A stretch of 64,000 bases of DNA, from NCBI GenBank assembly GCA_963668645.2, contig CAXXWC010000010.1:128001-192000 (forward strand). The letters run 5' to 3'. The notes beneath the pieces are model-generated. The model was given only the letters and a program-made list of their open reading frames with translations. It was not told the DNA's origin and searched no databases. The DNA is from Desulfobacterales bacterium (GTDB lineage: Bacteria; Desulfobacterota; Desulfobacteria; Desulfobacterales; UBA2174). Below, piece by piece: positions 61,118 through 64,000 of this stretch. Position numbers and translations under genes: made by a program. Each line of letters begins with the position of its first letter. The stretch's first letter is position 1.

Positions 61118-63349
61118 ATGGATACGATCCACCACGCCCTGGCCAACCTCGACCAGCGCATCGGAATTCAGGACCGGCGCGGTCCGATCCCCATCGACCG
61201 CTTCTTCCGGCTCCTGGCCGAGGATCCTGCCGGCCTGCTGCGCAGCGTCTTCCAGGTCTTCCACGACATGGTGATGGCTTACGTGAACAGCGGGGAAGAG
61301 ACCTACCCCGAGGATCCGGAGTCCATCGGCTTTTACAACTACGATTGCACCCCGCTTTTCGTCGAAGGCGCCGACCACCCCTTTTTCGCCGACCGGCTTT
61401 TTGCCAACCGCCTGATCAACCAGGTGGCGGCCCTGCGCCGCGGTGCCCAGCAGAACAAGATCTATATTTTCGACGGCCCGGCAGGATGCGGCAAGAGCAC
61501 CTTCTTGAACAACCTGCTGACCAAGTTCGAAATTTACGCCAACAGCGACGCCGGAATGCGCTACGAAACGGTTTGGCGTCTCGACCGGCGGATCCTGGCC
61601 GAGTCCGGGACCGGCATCGATATCCCCATCGAAAAAGACGGTCCGCCCCTGGCTGAAAGCCCCATGGTCGACATCCCCTGCCCCAGCCACGACCACCCCC
61701 TGCTGATCGTTCCCAAAGGGCAACGGCGCGCCTTTCTCGACGAACTGATCGCCGATAAGGAATTCAAGCAGCGGCTCTTCAACGCCAAGGAGTACGACTG
61801 GGTCTTCCGGGCACGGCCCTGCACCATCTGCAGCACCCTGTACGACAGCCTCATGGGCCGCATGGCCAGCATCCAGGCACTGTTCAAGATGCTCTACGCC
61901 CGGCCCTACCGTTTCAACCGGCGCCTGGGCGAAGGGATCAGCGTCTTTAACCCCGGAGACCGGCCGGTCAAGCAGCAGGTGCTCGGCGACGAAACCCTCC
62001 AGCGGCGCATCGACCGGCTGCTGGGGGCCTACGACAAGGTCCGCTACATCTTTTCGCGCTACGCCAGGACCAACGACGGGATCTACGCCCTGATGGACAT
62101 CAAGAGCCACAACGTGGAACGGCTCATCGAACTGCACAACATCATCAGCGAAGGGGTCCACAAGGTCGAGGACATCGAAGAGAACGTCACCTCCCTGTTC
62201 ATCGCCCTGATGAACCCGGAAGACAAGAAAGACATCCAGGACATCCCCTCTTTTTCCGACCGCATCACCTATACCCATATCCCCTATGTGCTCGATCTGA
62301 ATACCGAAGTGCAGATCTACCGCAACATCTTCGGCCGCCAGATCGACGGCAGCTTTTTGCCCCGGACCCTGCACAACTTCGCCCGCGTGGTCATCGCCTC
62401 GCGCCTCAATCCCCAAAGTCCGGCCATGGGCGAATGGATCACGGTGCCGGGCAAATACGTCCGCTTTTGCGACAAGAACCTGCTGCTGCTCAAGATGGAG
62501 ATCTACACCGGCCACATCCCCGAGTGGCTCGACGCCGAAGACCGCAAGAACCTGACCGCCAAGCGGCGCCGCAAGATCATCGCCGAGTCGGCCGGTGAGG
62601 GCCGCACCGGTTTTTCCGGCCGCGATAGCATCAAGATCTTCAACGAATTTTACTCGGCCTACGCCCGGGAACACCGCCTGATCAACATGACCACCTTGCA
62701 CACCTATTTCACCCGAACGCGCAAGGATCTGGGCGAGCAGTTACCCGAGGGGTTGCTCGCCTCGCTGATGGGGATGTACAACTACACCGTGCTGCAGGAA
62801 ATCAAGGAATCGATCTACAACTACAATGAGCAGCAGATCCGCCGCGACATCCAGAACTATATGTTCGCCGTCAACTTCGAACCGGGCACCCAGGTGGTCA
62901 GCACCTTCACCGGAGACCGCCTCACGGTCAACGAGACCCTGCTCCAGGGCATCGAGAACCACCTGCTGGGCAAGGACGCCTCAGATGAGCAGCGGCGCTA
63001 TTTTCGCCGCGAGACCCAGAAGGAATACACCCGCCGCACCCTGCCCCAGGAGATCCAGGTCGCTGGCCGGCCGGCGGCGGAAACCGAGCTCTTCCAATCC
63101 TTGCGGGAACGGTATGTCGGCCACCTCAAGGACAAGGCCCTGGATCCTTTCCTGGACAACGAAAACTTCCGTCTGGCGATCAAGTCTTACGGCACGGAAG
63201 AATTTCGCACCTTCGACGACCGCATCCGCTCGGAGGTGACCTTCCTGATGAACAACCTTATGACCCGCTTTTGCTACGACGACCGGGGCGCCAAGGAAGT
63301 GTGCATCTACGTCATCGACCAGGATCTGGCCCGCCACTTTGCCCGCTAG
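61118..63349 (+). CDS. Second PrkA-family AAA+ protein
   Basis: Walker A GPAGCGKST; CPSHDHPL, CTIC, DRI...IPYVLD..TEVQIY and G.SGR. Confidence 0.8.
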   Translation: MDTIHHALANLDQRIGIQDRRGPIPIDRFFRLLAEDPAGLLRSVFQVFHDMVMAYVNSGEETYPEDPESIGFYNYDCTPLFVEGADHPFFADRLFANRLINQVAALRRGAQQNKIYIFDGPAGCGKSTFLNNLLTKFEIYANSDAGMRYETVWRLDRRILAESGTGIDIPIEKDGPPLAESPMVDIPCPSHDHPLLIVPKGQRRAFLDELIADKEFKQRLFNAKEYDWVFRARPCTICSTLYDSLMGRMASIQALFKMLYARPYRFNRRLGEGISVFNPGDRPVKQQVLGDETLQRRIDRLLGAYDKVRYIFSRYARTNDGIYALMDIKSHNVERLIELHNIISEGVHKVEDIEENVTSLFIALMNPEDKKDIQDIPSFSDRITYTHIPYVLDLNTEVQIYRNIFGRQIDGSFLPRTLHNFARVVIASRLNPQSPAMGEWITVPGKYVRFCDKNLLLLKMEIYTGHIPEWLDAEDRKNLTAKRRRKIIAESAGEGRTGFSGRDSIKIFNEFYSAYAREHRLINMTTLHTYFTRTRKDLGEQLPEGLLASLMGMYNYTVLQEIKESIYNYNEQQIRRDIQNYMFAVNFEPGTQVVSTFTGDRLTVNETLLQGIENHLLGKDASDEQRRYFRRETQKEYTRRTLPQEIQVAGRPAAETELFQSLRERYVGHLKDKALDPFLDNENFRLAIKSYGTEEFRTFDDRIRSEVTFLMNNLMTRFCYDDRGAKEVCIYVIDQDLARHFAR

Positions 63350-63533
63350 TGGCATCTTTGGCCGAATGCGGTATGATGCCCGGGACCTGCGCGGAACCCG
63401 GAAGACGCCGGTTTTCCGAAACGGATGCCGATCCGGCGGCTCTGTAAGTGCAGCCCGAGGCTTTGGATGATGCCGGGGCCTGGAACGATATGGAAACAAA
63501 TGCCAACCGTAACGCAGTGAAAGGAAAAGGTGC

Positions 63534-64000
63534 ATGTCCTCAAACGATGTCTATGACCTGGTGATCGTGGGCGGCGGCCCGGGGGGGTTGACCGCCGGCA
63601 TCTACGCCATGCGCGCCGCGCTCAAGACCGTCCTGGTGGAAAAAGGCCCCCCCGGCGGGCAGGTAACCCTCTCGGACGAGGTGGAAAACTGGCCGGGCAC
63701 CGAACATATCGGCGGGGCCGAGCTGGCCATGAACATGTACAACCATGCCCAGTCCTACGGCCTGGAGATTCTCAACCAGCAGGTCACCGTGGTCGAACCG
63801 GGCCTCGATCTGCACCAGGTGCGCCTGGACAGCGGCCAGATCCTCAAGGCCCATGCCGTGATCCTGAGCACAGGGGGACAGCCGCGCAAGCTGGGGATCC
63901 CCGGCGAGGCCGAATACTACGGCAAAGGGGTGTCGTACTGCGCGGTGTGCGACGGGTTCTTTTTCCGCGGCAAGACGGTGATGGTGATCGGCGGCGGGGA
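63534..64000 (+). CDS. trxB: Thioredoxin reductase (3'-truncated by window)
   Basis: MSSNDVYDLVIVGGGPGGLTAGIY, GGQV...VENWPG, GVSYCAVCDG and VIGGG. Missing from the ORF track because no stop falls in the window. Confidence 0.93.
   Translation, partial: MSSNDVYDLVIVGGGPGGLTAGIYAMRAALKTVLVEKGPPGGQVTLSDEVENWPGTEHIGGAELAMNMYNHAQSYGLEILNQQVTVVEPGLDLHQVRLDSGQILKAHAVILSTGGQPRKLGIPGEAEYYGKGVSYCAVCDGFFFRGKTVMVIGGG

Overview
GC-rich bacterial chromosomal window. Gene content and style suggest Desulfobacterota (Desulfobacterales-like); this is inferred, not tested. The left third (1-19.7 kb, + strand) is a cell-surface locus. It holds the tail of an S8 protease, a TPR/beta-barrel outer-membrane protein, a FecR-domain protein and a ~4,280-aa mosaic surface protein ending in a polyGly-CFI/TM/Arg tail. 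A HEAT-repeat membrane protein and a CPBP (CAAX-type) intramembrane protease follow directly. Next, on the - strand, come a metallophosphoesterase-NACHT-FGE gene whose 3' end looks like a DGR variable repeat, a split glutamate synthase-carA-carB-purF cluster with a candidate sigma-54 promoter, and a MarR-led operon with two RND efflux systems. The right part holds ftsH, a PLP dehydratase, a WYL regulator, a class IV aminotransferase, an S1-like protein, prkA-yeaH-spoVR-prkA2 and the start of trxB. Three leads stand out. (1) The WYL gene sits divergent from two micro-ORFs (56 and 28 aa, absent from the supplied ORF track) whose promoter has DriD/PafBC-like geometry. (2) The polyGly-CFI tail plus CPBP protease may form a dedicated C-terminal sorting system. 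(3) The NLR-like protein may be diversified by a DGR acting in trans. I found no rRNA, tRNA, CRISPR array, transposase or reverse transcriptase.
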